64,000 nucleotides of DNA, from assembly GCA_043228905.1 (NCBI GenBank), contig JBHGNT010000014.1, positions 14,384,001 through 14,448,000 on the forward strand, in the 5' to 3' direction. The translations under genes and the position numbers were made by a program. The notes under the pieces were generated by a model, which made no database searches, had not been told where the DNA came from, and saw only the letters and a program-made list of their open reading frames with translations. The stretch comes from Azolla caroliniana (taxonomy: Eukaryota > Plantae > Polypodiophyta). Shown piece by piece: positions 52,241 through 64,000 of the stretch (positions are counted from its first letter, which is position 1; the number at the start of each line of letters is the position of its first letter).

Positions 52241-53778
52241 ATTTTTTGTCAATCAAAAACACACCTGTTGCTACACACTGATCTTCGAGACATCCTTATT
52301 TGGAACTTCAATGACTTTTCCCTAATCGTTTTTTATAAAAGATGAACATGCAACAAAGTTACAGTTATCAGAAAGGGAAATAAAACTTTTTTAATGTGTA
52401 ACTAATACATACCTAAATGAGAATCGAACTGGTGGTGTGTTGTAGCTTTGAAGGAGTAATGTCGATATGAGAGTTTTTGTGCTATTGTGGGAGCTTCGTT
52501 TGCGTTCATTCTCAGAGTACTCCATTTGTTTGGATTTCGAACTCAAACTCAGGATTAACAAGGATTTAGTGACATTGAAGTCGAATTTAGGTGAGGGCCT
52601 TGTTCCCCAAGTTCCACTACATTAGAAACAAAAGTTCAAATTTTTGAGTATTCTCATAAATTAAATGACATGTATTTAAATGACATATATTTAACTAATA
52701 AAGCATAAAATTTCGTAAATGATCCTTGTGATTTTCCACAAAAAACTAGCTAAACAAATAGCTAAATAGCTATAGACATTTTACCAGCTAATTAGTTATA
52801 ATATTGTTTCCACTCGCATGCTTTTACCCTTGTATATTTGGGTTCGATCATTGTACTTGTGTTCTTAACCAATTGTAGTGGGTGCTAACCTCATGTGATT
52901 ACCAATAATCATGCTTTAATATATTTGTACACCATTGTGTGTGTGAGAGAGTGAGGACTGATAACTGGCAATTGGCATTGAGCCTTTGTCTCACCTCCCA
53001 TCAATGGTCGACTCATGCATGTTCACCTCCTACGTTTGCCTAGATTATTTTCCTCCTTGTTCTCTTCAAATGCTCTCTTCTGAATGATCGCCTCCTTTGT
53101 TTGATTCAAATGCTCACCTACTTTGTTTGGCTCGTCAAACAACTATCATGTAAATTATAGAGGAGTTTTAGAGTCCCTTGTCACACATCTTCACATCCTC
53201 CTTGATCGAAGACCCCGTTGGCCCTTCTCAAGTAGCACAAGCATGTTGTTTGTGCATCAACATATTTAGGATGACAAGTACATTGGAATATGTAACATGA
53301 TCATCAGAAAAAAAAGCCTTGCCCCCCCCCCCACTAGTGTCTCAAGATTTGAATCTTCTGACATAATTTATTTATACTTCTTCCTAGTCCTCTTGATTGG
53401 ATGTGCTTTTCGAAATGCCTCTCCATTAATTGGTTGTCAAGTATGATAGTGCTATCATTCATTCCATCCAATCACATTATTCTATTTTTAAGATTATTGA
53501 ATATACCTTGTCCTTATGTTTGTAAATATAAATGACCAATACTTGCACATCTTATGTGTCCATTACACTAAACTTAACCATATTTAACCTAAACCAAACC
53601 AGTTAAGCCATTAAGTCGCACTTTCACGGTTTAGTCCAATTTGGCTCAAAACAAACCATCATTTGTTTCTAATGGAGTTGAGAGCCAAAAGACATGATAA
53701 AGAGCACTTAAGTGTAAATATTTGTAAAGAATCGGGTAGGATTCTTGTGTGGTGGAATAGGTGTGAACTGTGTGTGTG

Positions 53779-53809
<31 letters not shown>

Positions 53810-54379
53810 CAAGGAGTAAGACACAGAGTATACGCAAGTTAGATTATATTAACAAAGAAGAAAGACTCAACACAATACAAGGTGGGAGGAGGGTGCTTTA
53901 TATAGTCACCCTCTATCTTCATTAACTACAAGACTCATGGAGCATGGGGAATGTGAAAGCTCATAAGTTATGTGTCATAGAATATGATTCTATGACTCAT
54001 ACTAAATGCTAGAATACAAAGAGGTGACATAATGGTGACTCTTGACCGTTGGAGTGTCTATTCACTCTCAAGGTGAGTTCACACACTAGACCAAGTTGAG
54101 CTTGATTCTCAACATGCCCCCTCAAGCTCAAGTCGGGTCAATTTCGGACGGTATCCGAAATCCACTTCGACTTGCGTTTCGGAGTCCGCGTCGACTCGCA
54201 TTTATGCGGAGTTGCGAAATTCGTGTTCTAGCTTGCGTTGTGCATAGTTGTGAAGTCTGTGCTTCGGTTTGCGTCTTTCTTCGCGGCTTTGCGCAGTAGA
54301 TCAGCTCTTCGCGGCTTCGTTGCGTGGTTGTGTAATCCACGCGTTCTTGCGTAGTGTGCACGGCTTGCGGAATCCACGT

Positions 54380-55211
54380 TGTCGTGCCTTTCGACTCTGG
54401 ATCGTTACGTGAGTCGGGTGGGAACCGTTGGGGTTATGGACTAGGAAGAGGAAGAATTTGAGGCGATTTTAATTAAGTATAGATTATTAGAAGCTTGTGA
54501 ATCCCACAAGTAGAGTTGTTTTAGTTTGTCTTAATCATAGTAATAAATTGAAATAGTTTAGAATAGTTTAGAGTAGAAATAGAAAAGAGATCAAACCTTG
54601 TGAATCCCACAAGTATTACATTAATCAATATTTATGTAAGAATATGAATTTAGATTGAAAGAGATAGATTATATAAAACTTCGTGAATCCCACGATTATA
54701 TTAATTGGTGTTTTAGGAAATATATCCAATTTCCCAAATATTTTTCACAGACTATTACATTGTGCTCCTCATCCTTATATAGAGATGAGAGAGTCTTTTG
54801 CAACCCATGCGTTTTCTCTAACTATAGACTCCATGCTTTTTCTATACATAAACTATATGCTTTATTTAAAGTGATCATGCTTTTTCTAACTTGTGCGTTT
54901 TTTTATTGACTATAGTGTTCATGCACGCTACATGTGCATGTGTAGAGTTTTCTTTTATCATGCGTTTTTCTAAAGTTTATCCTAGCGTGAACTTACGTTT
55001 CTATGTGGAACATCTACTTTTTAACACTAATGAAATGCTAGTGTGATGGTAAGACATTACATTATTAACATGGAGGTGCAAGGTTCGAATCTTGCCCTAT
55101 GCATGTTATATATATTTTGAAATTTTCTTCTTCTTCTTCTTCGTTTTTTCATATTTATTCAATCGGTTATTTTATATTATTTTCACGTAGTGTACGAAAT
55201 ACACTACGACA
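54380..55211 (-). mobile_element. Solo LTR of the Trp-gypsy family (832 bp); TSD ACGT/ACGC
   Basis: Close in sequence to the LTRs at 28251 and 31139. Sits in the 3' UTR of copia-B. Confidence 0.9.
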
Positions 55212-55221
55212 ACGCGACGCG

Positions 55222-58200
55222 TTATTGCGTAATGTCTTCAATACTCCCCCTCAAGCTTGGCAGGTCAGGGATCGTCAATCCGAGATCAGTCATGAATTGC
55301 CACAGCTTGTCGGCTCCTAAGGCTTTAGTGAAGATGTCGGTCGTTTGAAGATTTGTGCTAATGTGTTGTAGGTCGACATCGCCAGCTAGAACGCGCTCTC
55401 GGAAGAAGTGATAGTGCACTTCAATGTGCTTTGTCCGCGCGTGGAACACCAGGTTTCGAGCCAAATAGATACTGCTCATGTTGTCGCAGTAAAGGGAAGT
55501 CAGATCCTTGATGGGTACGCCCAGATCCTTCAAAATCTTCTTGAGCCATACGGCTTCACACGCAGCTACGGTTGCGCCCCTGTATTCCGCCTCCGTACTC
55601 GAAAGAGTGACAGTAGGCTGCTTCTTGCTACTCCAGGATATTCCTCCACTGTCGAGGGAGAAAACAAATCTAGAGGTAGATCTTCTATCGGCTTTGTAGC
55701 CAGCCCAATCGGCGTCTGTGTACCCCTCGAAGCGTAGTGGCATCACGGTCTTGTAGAGGATGCCGCAATCCATTGTGCCGCTCATGTACCGTAGAACTCG
55801 CTTAGCGCAATCCAAGTGAGTATCACACAGTGTTTTCATGAATTGACTAAGGAGACCGACCGGATAACTGAGATCGGGTCGAGTGATCATAAGGTAGATG
55901 AGACTCTCGATGAGTTGCCGATACTAAGCCGGCTCACACGCTTTGGTGCCGGAGTTCGCATCTAGTTTGAGATTACGATCGAGTAGGGTTGCCACGGATT
56001 TGCACTTAGATCATTATTCCGGCCGAAGTCCAAATGACCTCGATGCCGAGGAAGTAGTGGAGCTCCTTCATGTCCGTCATCTCGAACTTTTCGGAAAGGA
56101 GGGATTTGACCTTATTGATTTCGACAAGATGCTCACCTCCAATGACTAGGTCATCCACATATAAGATGATGACGATCGGACTTCCGGAATCACTTTGTAT
56201 GTAGAGGGAGTTGTCCGATTTTGACTAACGGAAGCCGATTTGATGAAGATATTGCGTTATCTTCGAATGCCAAGCACACGGTGCTTGCTTGAGGCCGTAG
56301 AGTGGCTTCTTGAGTCAGCATACAGCTTTCAGATGGGTACTCAAGTTGAAGCCAGGTGGTTGTATCATGTACACCTCCTCTTCTAATTCGCCTTGTAGAA
56401 AGGCGTTCTTGACATCCATTTGATGGAGGTGCCACCCTTTGGCCGCCACAATCGCAATTACGGTCCGCACCGTTGTCATCTTTGCCACCGGGGCAAAGGT
56501 CTCCTCGTAGTCAACTCCGTGCATTTGGGCGTAGCCTTTCGCTACGAGTCGCACTTTGTAGCAATTGACGGAACCGTCGGCGTTGTACTTCACTTTGTAA
56601 ATCCATTTGCATCTGATTGCCTTTTTGTGTGGTGAGGTGGGAACGAGATCCCACGTCTCGTTCTTGCGTAGTGCCTACATCTCCTCGTTCATGGCTTCGA
56701 TCCATCGCGGATCCTTGGCTGCTTCGGAAAAGGTTTTCGGCTCCCGTACTATCGCTACCTTCATCATAAAGGCGTAATGGTACGCCATGTAATCATTGTA
56801 GCCGAATCGGCTTACAAGGTTCTTAATGGGTGGATCGGTGGAGCTTTTCATTTGCAGAGATGAGGGCTTTCTTAGCTCCGATTGGTACCTCGAAACCATC
56901 GAACTCACTGTCAAGTGAGTGAGTTGACTCATCGTTGTCGAAGCGATCGTCTTCGTATTTCGACATTTTCGCCTTGCCTTTGTCCATCTTTGGGCTAGGC
57001 CGTGATGTGCTTTGATCGCTCAAAGGCTCTTGTGGTCCGCTCTTGTGATCGGACTTTCTTCGAACATGTGTGTAAGGCGATCTTCATCCTCTATCTCTTG
57101 TGCGGCGGATTCCGGGTCGAGCGGAGTCGGAGTCGGAGTTGTCTCTAGTGCGTACCACGATGCAGACTCGTCAAAAACAACGTCTCGACTTACTCGAGAT
57201 TTTCGAGTTGAAGGGTTGTAGCACTTGTACCCCTTTTGCTCCAGAGAGTATCCTACGAGGATACATTTCTCCGACTTCGGGTCAAGCTTTTGACGCTTCT
57301 CGTCGGGGATGTGCACGTACGCTATCGCGCCGAATATCCGGGTGTGCGATAAGTCCGACTTCTTTCCGAAGTATTTTTTGTGCGGAGTGACCTTGTGCAC
57401 GCCGGATGTTGTGCATCGGTTCATTAGGTAGATGGCCGTATTTGCAGCTTCGGCCCAATATGACTTGGGCATATGCTTCTCGTTCATCATGGCCTACTCT
57501 ACTTTGAGGATGTGCCGATTTTTGCGCTCAGCTACTCCGTTTTGTTGCGGAGTGTGTCGGCAAGTGAATTCTCACTGAATTCCTTCCTTTCGGAGATACG
57601 TCGTGAAATCTTCTAAGAAGTACTCCTTGCCACCATCCGATCGAAGACAACGTACATGTCGGCCCGTGGCTTTCTCGACTTCATTCTTGAATGTTTGGAA
57701 GTGTCTGAACACTTCGCTCTTTTGCCGCATCGGGTAGATCCAAGTGTGCCTGGAGAAGTCGTCGATGAAGAGCAGGTAATATCAGCATCCGCCGAATGTA
57801 GCCGTCTGCGCCAGTCCCCATACGTTGGAATGGACTACGTCATGTAGACCTTTGCTCATGTTCCGCTCTTTCGGGAATGGGTGTCGGTGTTGCTTGCCGA
57901 AGTGGCACGCTTTGCATATACCTTCAATCTCCTTCTCTTTGAATGTCGGGAGACCGATGATGACTCCTTTCGATTTCATTGCTTTGAGTTTGTTGAGATT
58001 GATGTGGCCGATTTGCTTGTGCCATAGCTCTATGTCGGAGTCGTCTTTCGTGTTTTTCGCGAACATGGCGGATTTCATCTCGTGTGAATCCGGCCCTCTC
58101 TTCTTCCGCATGCGATGATTCGGCCTTCTTTTTCGATGAAGCACCCTTCTTGGTCGAATCGTACTTGCATCCCTTGCTCAACCATTTGGCCAACCGAGAC

Positions 58201-59478
58201 CAAATTCTTCGTGATGGTGGGAACATACAAGACATTTTTAATGTATGTTTGCTTACCTCTTTCGCCAAACGGAACATTGCCGATGTGTCGAATCGGGTGC
58301 GTACTGTCATCTCCGGTTTCGACATAACCGGGTCGCTCCGGCTCTCGAAGTTCAAGAAACCATTCTTTGTGGGATGTCATATGGTTTGAGGCTCCGAAGT
58401 CAACAAACCATACGTCCTCCAGATTGAGGGCACTAGTTGAGGTAGAGGCTGACATAGAGTTTGCTCTATGTTTCATCATGAACATTCCGCCACGGTCGGA
58501 GTTGTGTGCGTACATTCTGCCACGATCTTTGTAGTCGGAGTTGTGCCCGTACATTCCGCTATACTCTTCGTAGTCGGAATTGTGCGCGTAATTCGTGAGT
58601 TGTCGGCTTGTGGAAGCCGATTCACGCATCTTCTTTCGGCACTCTTCTTTGTGGTGGCCGAGCTTTCCGCAATATCCGCATTCGGTTGCGTTTTGACGGC
58701 TCGGGCCAGAGTGGAAGCTCCCCCTTCTTGCGAAGGTTCCTCGTTGGCTTCCGTTTTGCGGCCGAAATTGGGAGTTGTTGTCGTAGGTCGGACCTCGTCC
58801 GCCTTGTCCTTGGCCAAATCAGCCTCTCGCTCGTCCGTGTCCTCTTCCTTCGTTCGAGTGCGTGTAGAGCATGTGGCCTTCTGACTCATTGCTCCTTGTA
58901 CGCACATGGTTTTCTTCGACCAATAGCATTGATTGGAGCTCGAAGAAGGGGGAAGATTTCTCCCGTGCTAGAATAGTGGTTCGCATCGCGCCAAACCGTG
59001 GTGCGAGGCCGCCAAGGCATATTTGAACCATCTCATCATCATCGATATTTACGCTTATTGAGCCGAGCAAATCGCACAGCTCCTTGATCTTCGAGGTGTA
59101 TGTCGTGATGGACATGTCCCTTTGTTGAATGTTGTTCAACTCTTGGCGAAGTTGAAGCCTTCTTGCGGTTGTGTTTGCCGCAAAAATCTTTCGTAGATTT
59201 TCCCATGCCTCCTTCGGCGTCTTGGCTTCGCGAATGTAGCCGAGCATGTGATCGTGAACACATGTCGCCAAGCAATACATCACGCAGCTTGCGGCTTGCG
59301 GCTTGCTCCCATGTCGCGTATTCGGAGCCGCTTCAGCGGGTCGGTCTTCATGCGCTCCTTTGATGTAGCTCCAATAGCCTTGTCCGACAAGGTATTGGTG
59401 CATCTTGTACTCCCAAGATGCGAAGTTGTTTCGATCCAACTTCTCGGTAGGGAGAGCACTCCCCATTTGAGTATTCAT
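55222..59478 (-). pseudogene. Copia-B gag-pol, decayed
   Basis: EKLDRNNF, WFVDFGASNHM, HSNVWG, HQMDVKNAFL, YTDADWAG, SSTEAEY and HIEVHYHF. Confidence 0.9.
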
Positions 59479-61189
59479 TATGTCGATTCTTCTTCTTCTT
59501 CTTCTCTCTTCGAATGCGAGCTATGTAGCGAAGCGACGATAGCGATGAGCCGGTTCTTGGTCGTCGGCGTAGAGCACAACACACGATCACGATGAGGCGA
59601 ATGGGCTAGATCGAGCTACCAAATCGCTCTGATACCATGTAAAGAATCGGGTAGGATTCTTGTGTGGTGGAATAGGTGTGAACTGTGTGTGTATGAGAGA
59701 GAGAGAGAGAGAGAGAAATAGACAAGGAGTAAGACACAGAGTATACGCAAGTTAGATTATATTAACAAAGGAGAAATACTCAACACAATACAAGGTGGGA
59801 GGAGGGTGCTTTATATAGTAACCCTCTCTCTTCATTAACTACAAGACTCATGGAGCATGGGGAATGTGAAAGCTCATAAGTTATGTGTCATACTAAATGC
59901 TAGAATACAAAGAGGTGACATAATGGTGACTCTTGACCGTCGGAATGTCTATTCACTCTCAAGGTGAGTTCACACACTAGACCAAGTTGAGCTTGATTCT
60001 CAACAATATCCTTATATAATGAGTGTATAGAAAGAAAGCATGGGTCTTCTCATATCTTATTATTTTCAAAATGGAAGTTTGACCTTTATATTTTTCTTAA
60101 ATAGTAATGACTCGCAAGACAATTTTGTATATAATAAACAATGTAATTGTTAAGTATTCGGCACCCAAGACAACGGTTGTGGAGACCAAGGCACAAAGAA
60201 GAAACACCAAGCTCAACAAACCATAGGAAAAAAGAGATAGAGTAAACTTGAATAGGAAGGAATGCAACCAATGGGCAACCTAGTGTGAAAGGGATTCCCT
60301 AGCCTTGTAAAGAGCTATAAAAGACACCTTTTGCTAGCTTTGGTAGCTCTTCTCTAATATTAGGCTTTCTCCTTTCTTTTAGAGTATTAGAGCTTTTACT
60401 CGATGCCCTTAAACTTCTATTAGAGCTAAGAAAGATTAGGGTTAATGGCTAGTTAAGCCAACCTCTAATCTCTAGACTCTTGTATGGTGCTAAACCACAT
60501 AAAAGTCACACATTGATCTATAGGTGTGTTCTAGTGAAAGCACATAAAAGCCAAAAATTTATTTGGCCTCTCTGCCAACGATAAGTGTTATTCTCTCAAT
60601 AACACATGCCGGATATCCTATCATAGCATACCCTTCACCAAAGATCATGGTGGGAGAAACGGTAATAGACCGCAAACAAAATAACTAGTTGATGGGCGAA
60701 TCAACTATGGTTGATTCAACTCTAATTGAATCTTTCGAATACAGGTGTATAATGGTGTAAAAGAATACGTGTGTGGAAGCGTATGCGTAAGACATAGAGT
60801 ATAGTCAGTTATCCGAAAATCGACATAGTTAGGTGAACACAGAGAATGGATACACAATGAGTAGAGTAGACACATTCTAGGCATGAAAAGCAGTCGGCCC
60901 TTGTAGATATGAAAATAAGCCTAGGGCCTAGTGGCATTTTAGTGCATACAGAGGGTTTGAACCTGGCACCGCCAAAATAGAAAATGTTTGACTTACCATT
61001 GTTGGCATAAAAGACCAACTCCTTCCACTTTGTCTCCTTACTAGTGTGAACCCGTCCAACAGTTAGGGATTGAGTATATAAGCCCTAACCTAACATTGTA
61101 ATAATGATCTTCTTGTATCTATCCGGAGTGCATGAACTTACCCCTCATGAGAAGTATTATGGAAAGATGTCAAACCTATCCCATGTTAG

Positions 61190-63050
61190 GATATTCGGCT
61201 CACTTGCATACATGCACATCCCGATGAAAAGAGGCAAAGGCTAGATCCCAAGTCGGAGAAGTGTATCCTCGTAGGGTACTCACTAGAGTAAAAGGGGTAC
61301 AAGTGCTTCAACCCCTTTACTCGGAAGGTTCGTATAAGTCGGGATGTCGTCTTTGACGAATCTGCATCATGGTATGAACCGGAGCCGACTCCTCCCAAAT
61401 CAACCCCAATCTACCCGAACTTCGCCAACCTAGAGATAGAGGAAGAAGATCGACAAAGCCATATGTTCAAAGAAAGTCTGATCACAACGAGGCTTAGTGA
61501 GCTACAAGAGCCCTTGTGCGACTATAGCACATCTCAGCCGAGTCCGAAGATGGACAAAGGCAAGGCCAAAATGCCAGAATATGAAGACTCACTCATTCAA
61601 CAATGAGTACAGTGGCTTTGATGTGCCTCTTATGAAGTCACCCGGAATTAAGAAAGCACTTACATCGGCAAATGAGAAACTTTGTCGCTCAACCCGAGAG
61701 AAGAATCTGGTTAGCCGATTCGGCTACAACGACTATATGGCATATCACTATGCCTTTATGGTGAAGGTGGCGACACTTTGTGAACCAGAAAATCTTTCTA
61801 AAGCAGCCAAGGATCCATGATGGCTCGAAGCAATGAATGAGGAGATGCGGGCACTATGCAAGAACGAGACATGGGATCTCGTACCCCACTCAGCTCACAA
61901 AAAGGCGATCTTCCGTAGATGTATTTACAAGGTGAGTATAATGCCAACGGCTCTGTCAATCGCTACAAATCTTGACTCGTAGTGAAAGGATACGACGCAC
62001 AAACACATGGAGTCGACTATGAACAGACCTTTGCCCCAATGGCAAAGATGACGATTGTGCAAACCATGATTGCACTTGCAGCAGCGAAAGGGTGGCACCT
62101 CCATCAAATGGATGTCAAGAACGCCTTTCTTTAAGGTGAAACAGAAGAAGAGGTGTACATGGTACAACCACCCAGCTTCAAATCGAGCACCCATCTTAAA
62201 GTAGTTTGTCGATTAAAGAAGTCACTCTATGGCCTTAAGCAAGCACCACATGCTTGGCACTCGGAGATAACACAGTATCTTCATCAAATCGGCTTCAGAA
62301 TGTCAAAATCCGACAACTCCCTCTACATACGAAACAACTCTGGAAGTCCAATTTTCATCATCCTATACGTGGATGATCTGGTCATTGGAGGAGATAGTCT
62401 AGTCGACATCAACAAGGTCAAGTCCCTCCTCTCTGACAAATTCGAGATGACGAACATGAAGGAGTTCAATTACTTCCTTGGCATCGAGGTAATTCGAACT
62501 CGAGGTGGCATTATGATCTCTCAACAGCACTACATTCTCAACTTGTTATACAAGTTCGGGATGATTGAGGTCAAATCTATGGCAACCCCTCTTGATCGAA
62601 ACCTCAAACAAGATGTCGCCTTCGGCATCACAGAGTGTGAGCCGAGTCAGTATCGACAATTGATCGGGAGCCTCATCTATCTCACAATCACTCGACCTGA
62701 CGTTAGCTACCCTATTGGTCTCCTTAGCCAATTCATGCAAAAGCCATGTGACATTCACTTGGATTGCGTTAAGCAAGTGTTACAATACGTTAGCGGCACA
62801 ATGGATTGTGGCATCCTCTACAAGACGGCAATGCCAATTCAACTCGAAGGGTACACAAATGCCGATTGGGCCGGCTATAGAGCCAAGCGACAATCGACCT
62901 CCAGATTTGTTTTCTCCCTCAGCAGCGGCGTAATATCCTAGAGTAGCAACAAGGAGCTGATTGTTGCACTTTCGAGCACAGAGGCCGAATACAGGGGCGC
63001 GGTTGTGGCTGCATGTGAAGCCATGTGTCTCAAGAGGATTTTGAAGGATC
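61190..63050 (+). pseudogene. Truncated copia fragment (integrase C-terminus, RT, start of RNaseH), same family as copia-B
   Basis: LDPKSEKCILVGY, SRFGYNDYMAYHYAF, ILYVDDL and ITRPDVSY. No LTRs of its own were seen. Confidence 0.87.
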
Positions 63051-64000
63051 TCCCGTTTTCTATGTTTGATCCTACGCTCAATTGTGGCCGAGCGTTGTTC
63101 ATTGGGAGCGTGTATTCCTGTCATCTTCTTCTTCCTTTTCATTTTCTTCTAGTTTAGATTAATCTCCACTTCTGAAGTTTTCTTATGTCATTCTCTAACT
63201 GGAGTCTCAATCTCGTCCTTTTCTTCCCATCACATTGAAGTTCTGCGTTTGTTATGTGGAGAATTTTGCTTCACTTCTGCTATGAATCAAATTTTACTTT
63301 ACTTGTCATTATGGGCCGTCTATTTCTCTCCCTCATCTTCGTCTTCTCTTTCTTCTTCTATCACTGCATTTGGTTTTCTTCGTTGTCTTTCTTTTTTACT
63401 TGAGCTTTCCGAACTTGCAACTTGTCTAATTGTTGCAGTCTTATTGGCAACCTTACAGATTTTTCTCACTATCTTTCAGTAGGTATGGAGGTCGCCAAGA
63501 GTGCGGAGGAACAATCCAACATATACCATACTCCTCAATTTCTGCACATATACTTGCAATATACTTCATTGTGTCCCTGAATTCTTCATCAAGTGGAAAA
63601 GAAACCACAGGCCTTCCCAAGGGAATGAATGAGTGAGAGTTTTTGGGTGAAACGTATTGTTGTAAGTGTATGTGTAATGTGCACTAGAGTGTGTAATTAT
63701 GTTCATATGTGTGTAAACACATGTGCATGTTGTACATGTGTGTAGATATGAAAGAGTGTGAGTGAGTTGGGTGCGTGAATGGATAGAGGGGTATGCACCC
63801 CTATGCATCACATTGATGTATGATTCTCTCGTACTATATAACCCCACATGGCAATGAATAATAATAAGAAAGAAAAAAAATATTCCTATCTCTTTCTCTC
63901 CCTCGTGCTCAACCCCATTATCATCTTCGAAACCACCATTCTTATATTAATCCAACAACAATGCATACAATGAATGTACCTTCGACCCCCAAGCAAGCAT

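Larger units (their letters stand above)
53723..60005 (-). mobile_element. Ty1/copia element (copia-B); LTRs 59638-60005 and 53723-54114; PBS-Met 59626-59637; TSD ATATT/ATATC
   Basis: Both LTRs, the PBS, the PPT and a full decayed gag-pol homologous to copia-A are present. Confidence 0.93.

Noticed and set aside
55030-55104. Functional tRNA gene in the LTR
   Set aside because: No acceptor or anticodon stem can be formed. It is kept only as a tRNA-like promoter module.

Overview
Land-plant genomic DNA, probably from a non-seed plant such as a fern or lycophyte (inferred from the retroelement lineages). It is dominated by nested, decaying retroelements around a small gene island. The island holds an intact 4-exon Lhca1 gene (16018-18225) and an intronless F-box/kelch-like gene (21706-23187). 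The elements are three related Ty1/copia copies (1-11803 +, 53723-60005 -, fragment at about 61190-63050 +), an L1-type LINE (about 25908-43869 -) and two Athila-like gypsy elements with a large extra 3' ORF (26601-40335 +, 43870-51125 -). There are also four insertions of one tRNA-Trp-primed gypsy family: one near-complete element, one gag-only non-autonomous element and two solo LTRs. That family is the most unusual system here. Three insertions have 4-bp target duplications centred on a CpG, the fourth has ACGT on its surviving flank, and all four lie inside other retrotransposons. Pol appears to be expressed by a -1 frameshift (G_GAU_UUU plus a pseudoknot) placed after the protease. The LTR carries an antisense tRNA-like Pol III A/B-box module, and its U5 end has extended complementarity to the tRNA-Trp primer. 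The Athila-like elements lack a polypurine tract and have a conserved bulged stem-loop in its place. All calls were made by eye; no searches were run.
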